DNA from: Nitrospirae bacterium MYbin3
GTDB lineage: Bacteria > Nitrospirota > Thermodesulfovibrionia > Thermodesulfovibrionales > Dissulfurispiraceae
DNA length: 64,000 bases
NCBI GenBank assembly: GCA_002753335.1
Contig: PEAD01000001.1
Location: 62,001-126,000 of the forward strand
Direction: 5' to 3'
Numbering within the stretch: the stretch's first letter is position 1; every line of letters starts with the position of its first letter. Below the pieces are notes generated by a model. That model saw only the letters and a program-made list of their open reading frames with translations, searched no databases and was not told the DNA's origin. Positions 9,530 to 19,100 of this stretch are shown in pieces. A program made the translations under genes and the position numbers.

Positions 9530-9580
9530 CTTAAATCAACCATACTTTTGCATACAGGCCTGCGCTACGACTGAGCCTCT

Positions 9581-9629
9581 TTCGTTCAGGGCTGCGTTTG
9601 GAAAGTTCTAAATGCTCTATTCGCTACAG
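9581..9629. repeat. Degenerate partial copy of the 21056-21236 palindromic element
   Basis: TTCGTTCAGGGCTGCGTTTGGAAAGTTCTAAATGCTCTATTCGCTACAG aligns with TCCGTTCAGGGCTGCGTTTTGACAGCTCTGAATGCTCAGTCAGCTACAG at about 21077-21125. Confidence 0.75.
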
Positions 9630-9745
9630 AACCCCAGCCATATCACAGGCTTTTACACGGCCATAACTCGAATTGACTAAGAATTTCTGGGTATGCGATT
9701 ATAAAAATATAGACTATTACAGTATATCCAAAGGAGGAATTGAGA

Positions 9746-9970
9746 ATGCCTATATACGAATACAACTGCGAAAAATGCCGCGAAACCTTTTCGGTTTTGC
9801 AAAGCATAAGCACAAAAGAGGGTGAAACAAAATGTCCGAAATGCGGGAACGCAAAGGTAAAAAAGATGCTTTCGACATTTAGCTGCTGTTCTGTTGGGGG
9901 TGGGGGAGAGTCATTCAGTCCCTCAGGAGGCATGCCGGGCTTTGGCGGTGGCTGAGCAGCTGCCTGCTGA
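9746..9970 (+). CDS. FmdB-family zinc-ribbon protein; ends at 9955 if TGA is stop, at 9970 if TGA 9953-9955 is selenocysteine
   Basis: MPIYEYNCEKC...CPKC; after GGG-TGA the frame reads A-A-A-C-TGA with a SECIS-like hairpin at 9969-9982. Confidence 0.8.
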
Positions 9971-9997
9971 GCCGGTCGGCTCTAATACAAAGAACTT

Positions 9998-10045
9998 AAC
10001 CACAGAGGGCACAGAGTCGATTTTTTCTCCGTGTTCTCTGTGGTT
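9998..10045. repeat. REP-like palindrome (AACCACAGAG...CTCTGTGGTT family)
   Basis: AACCACAGAGGGCACAGAG / CTCCGTGTTCTCTGTGGTT arms; related copy at 58002-58149. Confidence 0.7.
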
Positions 10046-10059
10046 TTCTGTTTTTAGAT

Positions 10060-10797
10060 CTATTTCAGTAAGTTTATTTTGTGTGCAAGGCATCCGGCCC
10101 CGAAGCCGTTGTCAATATTCATAACAGCAATTCCGGGCACGCATGAGTTGAGCATAGCAAACAGGGCGGTAAGTCCGCCAAAACTTGTTCCATATCCCAC
10201 AGAGGTTGGTACCGCAATTACGGGTTTATCCGTAATGCCTCCGACAACAGATGGCAATGCGCCTTCCATTCCAGCAACAACTATGATTACGCGGGCTTTT
10301 GCCAACTTCTCTCTGTTATCGAACAAGCGGTGTATGCCGGCAACCCCTATGTCATAAATAAATTCGGTTTTGCTTCCTAAAAATGATCCGGTTACGGCCG
10401 CCTCTTCAGCTACCGGAATATCCGATGTGCCTGCCGAAACAACCAGCACAAGCCCTTTTTTATTCTTGTCTTCTCCGCATGATATGAGACAGGAATCAGG
10501 ATGGAATTTCGCTTCTTTGATTTTTAGATTATCATGAATATACTGTGAAGCCTTGGTAATTAAGAATCTGCCAGATTTTTTGTGCATGGCACGGGCAATT
10601 GCTATTACATTCTCAGGCTTTTTGTCCTTGGCATAAACTACTTCAGGAATGCTGTTTCTTACACCCCTGTGGTGGTCCACCTTTGCAAAACCCAAATCCT
10701 CAAAGGGAAGATTCTTAAGGCTTTCGAGCGCGGCATCAACCTGAATCTCTCCTGAGCTTAATTTGTTAAGAAGCTGGCGGAGCCTGTTTTTATCCAT
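10060..10797 (-). CDS. larB: Nickel-pincer cofactor biosynthesis protein LarB
   Basis: AKVDHHR, AGTSDIPVAEEA, AGMEGALPSVVGG, PTSVGYG, NIDNGFGA. Confidence 0.92.
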   Translation of the reverse strand: MDKNRLRQLLNKLSSGEIQVDAALESLKNLPFEDLGFAKVDHHRGVRNSIPEVVYAKDKKPENVIAIARAMHKKSGRFLITKASQYIHDNLKIKEAKFHPDSCLISCGEDKNKKGLVLVVSAGTSDIPVAEEAAVTGSFLGSKTEFIYDIGVAGIHRLFDNREKLAKARVIIVVAGMEGALPSVVGGITDKPVIAVPTSVGYGTSFGGLTALFAMLNSCVPGIAVMNIDNGFGAGCLAHKINLLK

Positions 10798-11797
10798 CGA
10801 ACTCAGACTTTGGAGAGCGGTTCATCAAACCTTTTACAGCTTCTGCAGGAGATTTGTCTTCATAAAGAACCCTATAAACCTGCTCGGTAATCGGCATCTC
10901 TATCGAGAGCTTATTAGAAAGTTCAAAGGCCGAACGAGTAGTGGCTACGCCTTCGGCTATTGTCTTAACCTGCCCTGTAATATCAGAAAGCTTCTGTCCC
11001 TGACCAAGCTTAAACCCAACCGTATAATTTCTCGAAAGAGAACCTGTGCAGGTAAGAACAAGGTCTCCAAGACCGCTAAGACCCGCAAATGTTTTTTCTT
11101 TAGCTCCCATGCTTGTTCCGAGGCGAGCAAGCTCTGACAATCCCCGCGTTATTAGTGCAGCACGAGCGTCATGGCCTAATCCCAGCCCGCTGCATATCCC
11201 GGAAGCGATAGCAATAACATTTTTCAGCGCCCCTCCGACTTCAACGCCAATGGTGTCATCATGGGTATATACTCTAAAGTAATCGGTGTTGAACATCTCT
11301 TGAAGAAGAAGCCCTGCTTTTAAGTCTTCGGTCCCCAAAGTTACGGCAGTAGGCATTTTGCGTATAACCTCATCCGCAAAACTCGGCCCCGAAAGCACCG
11401 AAATTTTTTTGCCTAAAATATTTTTTAGGATCATCGACGGTGTCATATGGCTCGAAACCTCGATGCCTTTAGATGCGCTTATAATGATCGCTTCATCTCG
11501 CATGCCTGAAGCGGCTGTACTGAAAACGCTCCGGATGTGTTGTGTTGGCACGACATTTACTATGTAGCGCGCTTTTGCAACCGCCTCTATAGGGTTAGTG
11601 ACCGCTTTAATATTATGAGGGAGAACTATGTCAGGAAAAAAAACGCAGTTGACGCTATCTTTGTTTATAGAATCTGCGATTTCCTGCTCATACGCAAAAA
11701 TAGTTACATCATAACCCTTTTCAGCAAGCAGTTTGGCCAAGGTTGTGCCCCAACTGCCTGCTCCCATAACAGAAATATAACCGGTAGGATAACTCAT
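10790..11797 (-). CDS. gpsA: NAD(P)H-dependent glycerol-3-phosphate dehydrogenase
   Basis: GAGSWGT, SKGIE, GGALKNVIAIA, GDLVLTC..SRN. Confidence 0.96.
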   Translation of the reverse strand: MSYPTGYISVMGAGSWGTTLAKLLAEKGYDVTIFAYEQEIADSINKDSVNCVFFPDIVLPHNIKAVTNPIEAVAKARYIVNVVPTQHIRSVFSTAASGMRDEAIIISASKGIEVSSHMTPSMILKNILGKKISVLSGPSFADEVIRKMPTAVTLGTEDLKAGLLLQEMFNTDYFRVYTHDDTIGVEVGGALKNVIAIASGICSGLGLGHDARAALITRGLSELARLGTSMGAKEKTFAGLSGLGDLVLTCTGSLSRNYTVGFKLGQGQKLSDITGQVKTIAEGVATTRSAFELSNKLSIEMPITEQVYRVLYEDKSPAEAVKGLMNRSPKSEFDG

Positions 11798-11826
11798 GGT
11801 ATTAGAAAATATAACAGAAAACCGGC

Positions 11827-13335
11827 CTAGCTGTCAGCAAGCCGATAAATACCGGCGGTCTTGCCTTCAAGCTTTATAGAGAATGCTCCGCCTGTAATTT
11901 GTATCCTTGAATCTGACGTATCAAATAGGTTTATAAGGGTTTTATCCTTCATTAACCCCTTTATTCTCGGCGCTATTTCGCTATGTGTGTCTATCGCGAT
12001 TGTCAGAGGCACTTTCATCGGCTGATGGCCATTGTTTATAACGGTTATGACAACATTGCCTCTGAATTCCCGCAGATAGGCATAAATAAAACTGTCAACA
12101 TAAAGCGTAATAAGAGAGCCATATGACAAGCACTCATTGGCACGCCTTATTTCGATAAGCCTTTTGGTATGGTTAAATATGTCTCTCTCTATCGGATATT
12201 CCTGTTTGAGTTCAAAGCTTTCGTCAAAAAGATGCCACGGCATATCACGTCTGTTGTCCGGGTCTTCATGCCCTTCAAGTGCAATTTCGTTGCCGTAAAA
12301 TATCTGGGGCACGCCTCGCGTGGTCATCATAAAGGACATCGAAAGCTTGTAGATTTTAGCGGCATAGGCCCTGTCACCGTTAAAGTGATCCATAGCTGTC
12401 GAAATGAATCTTTTGGGCAGGTCGTGGTTATCCAGCAGGGTTACGAGTCTGTTGTGGTTTGTGTAATGCGTATCCTTATCCAGCACGCCTAGAGTTGCGC
12501 TGCTGCTTAGATGCGGATACGCGAATGTTACAAGGCTTTTATCGTTTATGAAAACTTCTGTCATTGCTTGCTGCAAAGGAAAATCAAAAAGAAAGTCGAA
12601 GGCATAATATTTCTGGAATTCGGATATTCTGTCGATGTCCCATTCAAGAACCTCACCCAATAGCGAGACATTCGAGTGCTTTCCTTTTACGTAAGTTTTA
12701 AAATGGTACCAGAACGCCTTCTCAACATGTTTTGCGGTGTCCATGCGTATGCAGTCTATTCCGGTCTCTTGTATCCAGTCAATTATCGTATTTATAAAAT
12801 AATCCACCACATCGATGTTGTCCTGATCAAGATCAGGCAGGCCCATCAAACGGCCTTCCTCAACCGATTCGAGGCAGGCTTGATTGTACCAATATGGCCT
12901 AACCGGAGTATCCGGTCCGCTTTTAAGCCCAGGATGATTGTAGCCTGTGTGATTTACAACCATGTCTAACACAACCTTGATGCCGTTCTCATGCAACGCA
13001 TCGACAAGTTGCTTCAAATATATTTTACTTCCGTCCGGAACCCCATCTTGTTTTGAGTAAAGGTGCGGATCGATTTTTTCAAAGTCGAGCGGCCAGTAGC
13101 CGTGATAGCCCCACATGCCACGATTTTCAAGATGTATATTTATATAAACAGGCGTGATCCATAGCGCTGTTATGCCAAGTTTTTTAAGGTAGGGGATTCT
13201 TTTTATTATGCCCGCAAAATCACCGCCGTGATAAGCGTTGGGGTTTGATTTGTCAACGTCAAAATTATTTGAGGGATCTCCATCGCAGAACCTGTCGGTA
13301 ATAACAAAATAGATGATATCGCCCTGAGTCAGCAT
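11827..13335 (-). CDS. Alpha-amylase family (GH13) glycoside hydrolase
   Basis: YHGGDFAG, YHGYW, VVNH, RMDTAKH, GEV, LDNHD catalytic motifs. Confidence 0.9.
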   Translation of the reverse strand: MLTQGDIIYFVITDRFCDGDPSNNFDVDKSNPNAYHGGDFAGIIKRIPYLKKLGITALWITPVYINIHLENRGMWGYHGYWPLDFEKIDPHLYSKQDGVPDGSKIYLKQLVDALHENGIKVVLDMVVNHTGYNHPGLKSGPDTPVRPYWYNQACLESVEEGRLMGLPDLDQDNIDVVDYFINTIIDWIQETGIDCIRMDTAKHVEKAFWYHFKTYVKGKHSNVSLLGEVLEWDIDRISEFQKYYAFDFLFDFPLQQAMTEVFINDKSLVTFAYPHLSSSATLGVLDKDTHYTNHNRLVTLLDNHDLPKRFISTAMDHFNGDRAYAAKIYKLSMSFMMTTRGVPQIFYGNEIALEGHEDPDNRRDMPWHLFDESFELKQEYPIERDIFNHTKRLIEIRRANECLSYGSLITLYVDSFIYAYLREFRGNVVITVINNGHQPMKVPLTIAIDTHSEIAPRIKGLMKDKTLINLFDTSDSRIQITGGAFSIKLEGKTAGIYRLADS

Positions 13336-13374
13336 AGATGTCTTTAATTGCCTCCCTTGATTTTAAGTCCATAC

Positions 13375-13411
13375 AAAAAAAGGCAGCCCTGTTTAAATGA
13401 GCTGCCTTTTT
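13375..13411 (-). terminator. Rho-independent terminator after dsrD
   Basis: AAAAAAAGGCAGC...GCTGCCTTTTT stem flanked by A/T runs. Confidence 0.75.
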
Positions 13412-13426
13412 CTGTTCGTTATATAA

Positions 13427-13645
13427 TTACTGCTGCGGTGGTATTTCTACGAAACTGCCGCCGAAATATGTGTAGATAAGCTTACCTTCATCAACAAGAT
13501 CCCTCAATGCATCTTTTACTTCATCCCTCGTAATGCCTGCATCTGCAGAGACGGCCTTTTGGATATCGCTGGATTTCAGCTTTTTCTTTCCCGTAGATTT
13601 TTCTACTAATTCGTAGATCTTCTTCTTGACTTCTTCTTTTTCCAT
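13427..13645 (-). CDS. dsrD: Dissimilatory sulfite reductase D protein
   Basis: 72 aa, Lys-rich, LVDEGKLIYTYFGGSF; directly downstream of dsrB. Confidence 0.85.
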   Translation of the reverse strand: MEKEEVKKKIYELVEKSTGKKKLKSSDIQKAVSADAGITRDEVKDALRDLVDEGKLIYTYFGGSFVEIPPQQ

Positions 13646-13665
13646 CTCGCACCCCTTTGTTGATA

Positions 13666-13691
13666 GTAGGGGCGTATGGAAATACGCCCCT
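13666..13691. repeat. GTAG-type REP-like hairpin between dsrB and dsrD
   Basis: GTAGGGGCGTAT-GGAA-ATACGCCCCT. Confidence 0.55.
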
Positions 13692-13702
13692 CTGTTGTTA
13701 TA

Positions 13703-14773
13703 TTACCACTTAAAGGTTGCTGCTGTCCTGAATGTCTCCCTCGCAATTGTAAAGTCGTCAATATGCTGGAAGGTAAACGGAATATTTGTGACTTTAAAGA
13801 ACTTCTCCCAGCCGATTCTCTCTATCCATTCACCTACACGCTCGTGCTTATTAGCGCCGGCAATGTATGCTTCGAGAATATTTTTTACGGCTGCTGTGAC
13901 TTCAGGCCATCTCGGAGGATTGTTCTTGATGAAAGGTATCGCCAGCTTAGAGAACTTAGGAGTGGTTCTGAGGTTTCCGACCTTGCCGCCTACAACTATA
14001 GCCACGCCGTCGAACTCAGGATCATGAATCTCGATCGGCGGACATACTGTGAAGCAGTTGCCGCAATACATGCATTTGTCGGCATTGATCTTCACGCTTT
14101 TCTTTGAAGGCTCGGGGCTGATAGCTCCGGTTGGGCATGCGCCGATTGTGGACGGAACTTCGCACATATTTTTTACCTTGTCATGATCTATTGTCGGCAC
14201 TTTTCTGTGAATCGCAACAACAGCGATATCTGAGCAGTGAACCGCGCCGCACATATTAACGCAGCATGCAACCGCAAGCCTGACCTTGTTGGGCAGGGTC
14301 TTCGTGGTGCAATATTCAGCAAACTCATCCATCAAGCACTTAACAATACCGGATGCGTCTGTAGCAGCTGAGTGGCAATGTACCCAGCCCTGAGTGTGAA
14401 CCACGTTGCTTATCATGGCGCCGATGCCGCCGACCATCTGTTTTTTGTCTTTCAACTCTTTCTGAAGCGGCTCAATGTTTTTCTCCTCAGATACAAGAAA
14501 CTCCACATTGTTTCTTGAGGTGAACCTGATGTATCCGCCGCAGTATTTTTCTGCAAGAGCTGCATACACCCTGATAGTGTCGGTGCTGAGAAGCCTAGGC
14601 GACTGTACTCTGACAGACCATATTTTGTCCCCGCTGTTGGCTACATGAACCATAACGCCGGGGTTGATAATTTCGTGATGCTTCCAGTCTCCATAGTTCT
14701 TCTGAATAACTGGAGGCAGGAACTGCTTATAATGGGGTGGTCCTATATCTGTTTTTCTCTGTGGTGCTGACAT
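13703..14773 (-). CDS. dsrB: Dissimilatory sulfite reductase beta subunit
   Basis: [49 protein letters not shown]. Confidence 0.97.
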   Translation of the reverse strand: MSAPQRKTDIGPPHYKQFLPPVIQKNYGDWKHHEIINPGVMVHVANSGDKIWSVRVQSPRLLSTDTIRVYAALAEKYCGGYIRFTSRNNVEFLVSEEKNIEPLQKELKDKKQMVGGIGAMISNVVHTQGWVHCHSAATDASGIVKCLMDEFAEYCTTKTLPNKVRLAVACCVNMCGAVHCSDIAVVAIHRKVPTIDHDKVKNMCEVPSTIGACPTGAISPEPSKKSVKINADKCMYCGNCFTVCPPIEIHDPEFDGVAIVVGGKVGNLRTTPKFSKLAIPFIKNNPPRWPEVTAAVKNILEAYIAGANKHERVGEWIERIGWEKFFKVTNIPFTFQHIDDFTIARETFRTAATFKW

Positions 14774-14800
14774 ATATTTCCTCCTTAATTTTATAGTTTA

Positions 14801-15994
14801 TTATTTCTGCAGGTCGGCTTCGGTCCAGAAGAAGAACGGGTCTCTTCTCGGCTCTTTTACCTGCTGAGGCTGAGGCTCTACTCCGATAAACTCAAGGAAT
14901 TCGCGCATGCCTTTCCTGATTATGAGTTCGCCGATTCTTTCCCTGTTCTTTCCGTACTCATCCCAGAACTCCCACATTTTCCTGATCAAGTCTTTGAATT
15001 CATCATATGGTGCGTCCATCTTTATAAAAGGAACGATTACCCATGAGAGGGTTGCTCCTATAACGAATGGAGCTTTACTTCCGATGAGTATGGATGCTCC
15101 CTTTTCACCGGTAGGTTTAAGTGCCTTTGTCATCTTTGCTATGCAGTGCATGCAGCGGATGCAATCAGCATCAGCAATTTTAAGCTCTTTGCCGTCATAG
15201 CTCATGCATTTGCTGGGGCACATATTCACTATTTCTGCAGATATATTCATGCCCTTCTTTGCATAGTTTGCAACTTCAGCCTGATCAACCGCAATATTAC
15301 CCTTCCAGGTGCCGATTATAGAGCAGTCTGCTCTGGCAATGGAAGCTATGCAGTCAACAGCACATCCTGCTGTCTTGAATTTAAATTTATAGGGGAATGC
15401 CGGACGGTGCATCTCATCCTGCCACTCCTGTGTTATTGAATAGTTAATGTCGAGGGTATCAATGCAAGCCCATTCGCAGCGAGCCGGGCCTACGCAGCAG
15501 CTCGGGGTTCTCATGGCAGAGCCAGAACCGCCAAGGTCCCATCCACGAGAGGAGAATTCAGCAAAAATCGGTTCGAGGTTTGCTGTGTCTGTTCCCAAAA
15601 GAACGAGGTCGCCGGTTGATCCGTGCAGGTTGGTCATACCGCTTCCGTGCTTGTCCCAGATATCGCACATTTCGTTCAAAAACTTGGATGTGTAGAAAAA
15701 TCCGGATGTGGAGTTAATCCTGACAGTATGGAAATTGGCAACATTCGGGAACTCTTCAGGAAGTGACGAATATCTTCCGATAACTCCGGAACCATATCCG
15801 CGAACTCCAACTATTCCTCCATGCTTCCAGTAACCGCGCTTGTCCCTGTAGGATTTTTCGAGCTGACCGAGCTCATCGGCAGCCATATCGCTTCGCACAG
15901 CAGCCTTTTTAATNNNNNNNNNNNNNNNNNNNAAGCTAGGGAATGGCCCCTTTTCCAGCTCGTCTAACAACGGTGTGTCATACTTCTTCGGCAT
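14801..15994 (-). CDS. dsrA: Dissimilatory sulfite reductase alpha subunit (contains assembly gap 15914-15932)
   Basis: TPLLDELEKGPFPS, WKHGGIVGV.GYGSGVIGRY, HGSTGD, FPYKFKFK.AGC, CIRCMHCI. Confidence 0.97.
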   Translation of the reverse strand: MPKKYDTPLLDELEKGPFPSXXXXXXXIKKAAVRSDMAADELGQLEKSYRDKRGYWKHGGIVGVRGYGSGVIGRYSSLPEEFPNVANFHTVRINSTSGFFYTSKFLNEMCDIWDKHGSGMTNLHGSTGDLVLLGTDTANLEPIFAEFSSRGWDLGGSGSAMRTPSCCVGPARCEWACIDTLDINYSITQEWQDEMHRPAFPYKFKFKTAGCAVDCIASIARADCSIIGTWKGNIAVDQAEVANYAKKGMNISAEIVNMCPSKCMSYDGKELKIADADCIRCMHCIAKMTKALKPTGEKGASILIGSKAPFVIGATLSWVIVPFIKMDAPYDEFKDLIRKMWEFWDEYGKNRERIGELIIRKGMREFLEFIGVEPQPQQVKEPRRDPFFFWTEADLQK

Positions 15995-16157
15995 AAAATC
16001 CTCCTCTTTTATATGAGTTTTAAGACGTTGGTCGCTTTTGCAAGCTATCAAGGCTAATATAACATACAGATAAGGGTCAAATAAAAAAAACTTATCTAAT
16101 TATTACCATTTTTTAAGCTTGACCCTTTTGCCCGCTAAAGAATAAAATGTACGACTT

Positions 16158-19100
16158 ATGAAGATAAAACAGATAGAGCTTATAGGGTTTAAATCCTTTG
16201 CAGAAAGAACGCTTTTATATCTGCATGACGGAATAACCTGCTTTGTCGGCCCAAACGGCTGCGGAAAAAGCAATGTTTCGGACGCCTTTCGATGGGTGTT
16301 GGGAGAGCAGAGCGCAAAGAGTCTGCGCGGTGACAAGATGGAAGACGTTATCTTCCATGGAACCGATGCAAAAAAATCAAAGGGTATGGCTGATGTAACC
16401 CTAACCTTTTCAAAATCTGTGGGCGGCAAGTCAGAAAACGGCAATGGCGGCTCAAAAGAGGACCCTGATGCCGATGAAATCATAGTGTCAAGAAGACTTT
16501 ATCGTTCGGGCGAGAGTGAATACCTGTTGAACAAACGGCAGTGCCGGTTAAAAGACATACGCGATATTTTCTTGGATACCGGACTTGATGTAAAAAGCTA
16601 TTCGATACTTGATCAGGGCAAAATCGCGGATATAGTTAACGCAAAGCCTATTGACAGACGCTTTCTTATTGAAGAAGTGGCCGGTGTTATGAAGTATAAG
16701 GTCAGAAAGGCCGAGGCGCTCTCCAAACTCGAATCCTCAAAGCAAAACCTGCAGCGCATAAATGACATCGTTTATGAGGTCAAACGCCAGATAAACAGTC
16801 TTGACAGACAGGTTAAAAAAGCTGAGCGTTATAAAAGACTTATCGAAGAGCTTAAGGAGCTTGAGCTTAGGGTTTTTAAGCGTGAATTCCTTGGTTTTAG
16901 CGCTATATTGAAGGATCTGATGTCCGATATCGAGCGACTTAGGGAACTGGATTCCTCTAAAAGAAGTGGGCTTTCGGACATAGAAAACCGGCTTGAAGCA
17001 AGGCGGCTTGCTCTTGTTGAAAGGGAAAAAACGCTTGAGGATATAGAAAAACGCTTTCACGAAAAAGAGCGCCAACTTGCGGACTCAGAGACACGCGGCG
17101 CTGTTTTGAAAAAAGGACTCGAAAGTTACCGTGCGGACATAGAAAGGCTTTCGCGCCAGAAAGACGAAGCTGTTTCCAGACGGGAAGAATTAGAGAAAAA
17201 GACAGCAGAACTTAGCGAATTAGAAATATCGATGACAGCAAACGCTGCAGAGATCTCGGGCAAGCTCGAATCAAGAAAACGCTATTCTGCCGAAAAAGAA
17301 GAAAACATAAAAAACAGGGAACAATCTTTAAATAACAAGCGAAAAGACCTATTTAAAGCCTCTGAAACCGTAAGTGAACGCAAAAATGAGCTTCAGAGAC
17401 TTCACGCAGCCAACGACAACCTCGCATATCAGGAGGGGGTGTCTCTGCGCGATATCGACACCATAAGCGCCGAGCTTGCAGAAATGAAGGTGTCGATTGC
17501 GGATGCCGAGACTTTTATACAGACAAAAACCATAGAACACAGACAGTTGCAGGAGCAGCGTGATACCCTGCGTGTTGATATCGACAGGACCGCCGCAGGG
17601 ATAGAGGATAGAAAAACACGCCTTTCGCTTATTAGGGAAGAGCTTGCATCAGCAACCGCCAGAATGAATTCACTCAAAGAGCTTATCGTTGACAGGACGT
17701 TGTCCGATTTCCTTGCCGAATCCCAAAGCTCAGAAGGTCACGGTTATGAGGTGCTTTCGGATATTTTGAGCGCTAATAAAGAGTACGAAAAAGCTATAGA
17801 GGCGGTTCTTTCAGAAAAGGTCAACTCCCTTATCATAGAAAACCTTGATGAGCTTTTGAATGCTGTAAGCATAATAAAGGAAAAAAAGCTGGGCAAAACC
17901 GCTTTGCTGTTTACAGGATGCCTGAATAGCGAAGCTTCTTTAAACGAAGTCGCAGCCGGGGATGGCGTGCTAGGCCGGACGAGCGACTTTATTTCGTTCG
18001 AAAAAGAGGAATCCCGCAAAAAGGCTGTCGGGCTTCTCGAAAATACATACATAATACAAGACCTGCGCTCGGCCGTAGCACTAAGAGCGAACGATAAGTT
18101 CCGCAATAAAATTCTTGTAACGCTAGACGGAGAAGTTATTGATACTGATGGAATAATCTTTGCTGGCCAGGGCAGGGAGATACTTAAAAAGAAGCGGGAA
18201 ATTAAAGAACTGCAGCAGCTTATTGCGGAGCAGCAGCAGCAGATATCGGATACAGAAAATGATCTCGCATCTCTTGCATCAACCTTGAACGAAAAGAAAG
18301 AAACCCTGCTCACATTGGAAAACCGGATAGTTGAAATCGAGAAAGACCTTTCTCTCGCCAAACACTCTTTCACAGGACAGCGTGAAGAGTACGAACGCAG
18401 AGAGAGAAAACTGTCCCTGCTTCAAACAGACTTAACCAGAATTGCGGGCGAAAAAGAATCCCTTAATCTTCTTTTGGCATCAAAATCTTCCGAGATTTCG
18501 GCCCTCGAATCAGAGGTAAAAGATATAAACGAAGCGGTTGAATTCCTGCAGCAGCAGCTTGCAGAAACGCGCAAAGAACACGAGGCTGTTCAGGCCGAAA
18601 TTAACGAGCTTAACGTATCGGTTGCAACAATCCGTGAAAGACTCAATGCGCTTAAAAATGAGATTAGCGGAATACAAAGCACCATAGCAGATCTCGAAAA
18701 GATAAAAGAAAGCGCTATGCAGGAAGTATTGCGTGCCGAGTCGCATATTAAGTCATCGCTTGAGGAGTTGGGCAATATAGAAAACGCCATGAAAGTCATA
18801 GCCTCAGAGGCTGCAGTTCTGTCAACCGAGCTTTTGTCGAGGCGTGAAGGCATCGATGCCGAAAAACAGGCCTTGGCGGATGAGGCAACCGTACTAAAGG
18901 CTATGCGTATGGATATTGATGCGGTAACGCAGGAGCTTAACGAAGCCAATACAAATGCGGTCACAAACAAGTTGAAAATCGAGAACATAGAAAATGCGGT
19001 AGCGCAAAGGTATGGATTGAAGATTGCGGAAGAAGAGATTTTGACAGAAGGCTTCGAGCCTGCTGCAGATCAGGAAAAGATAGATCAGCTCAACGAGAAG

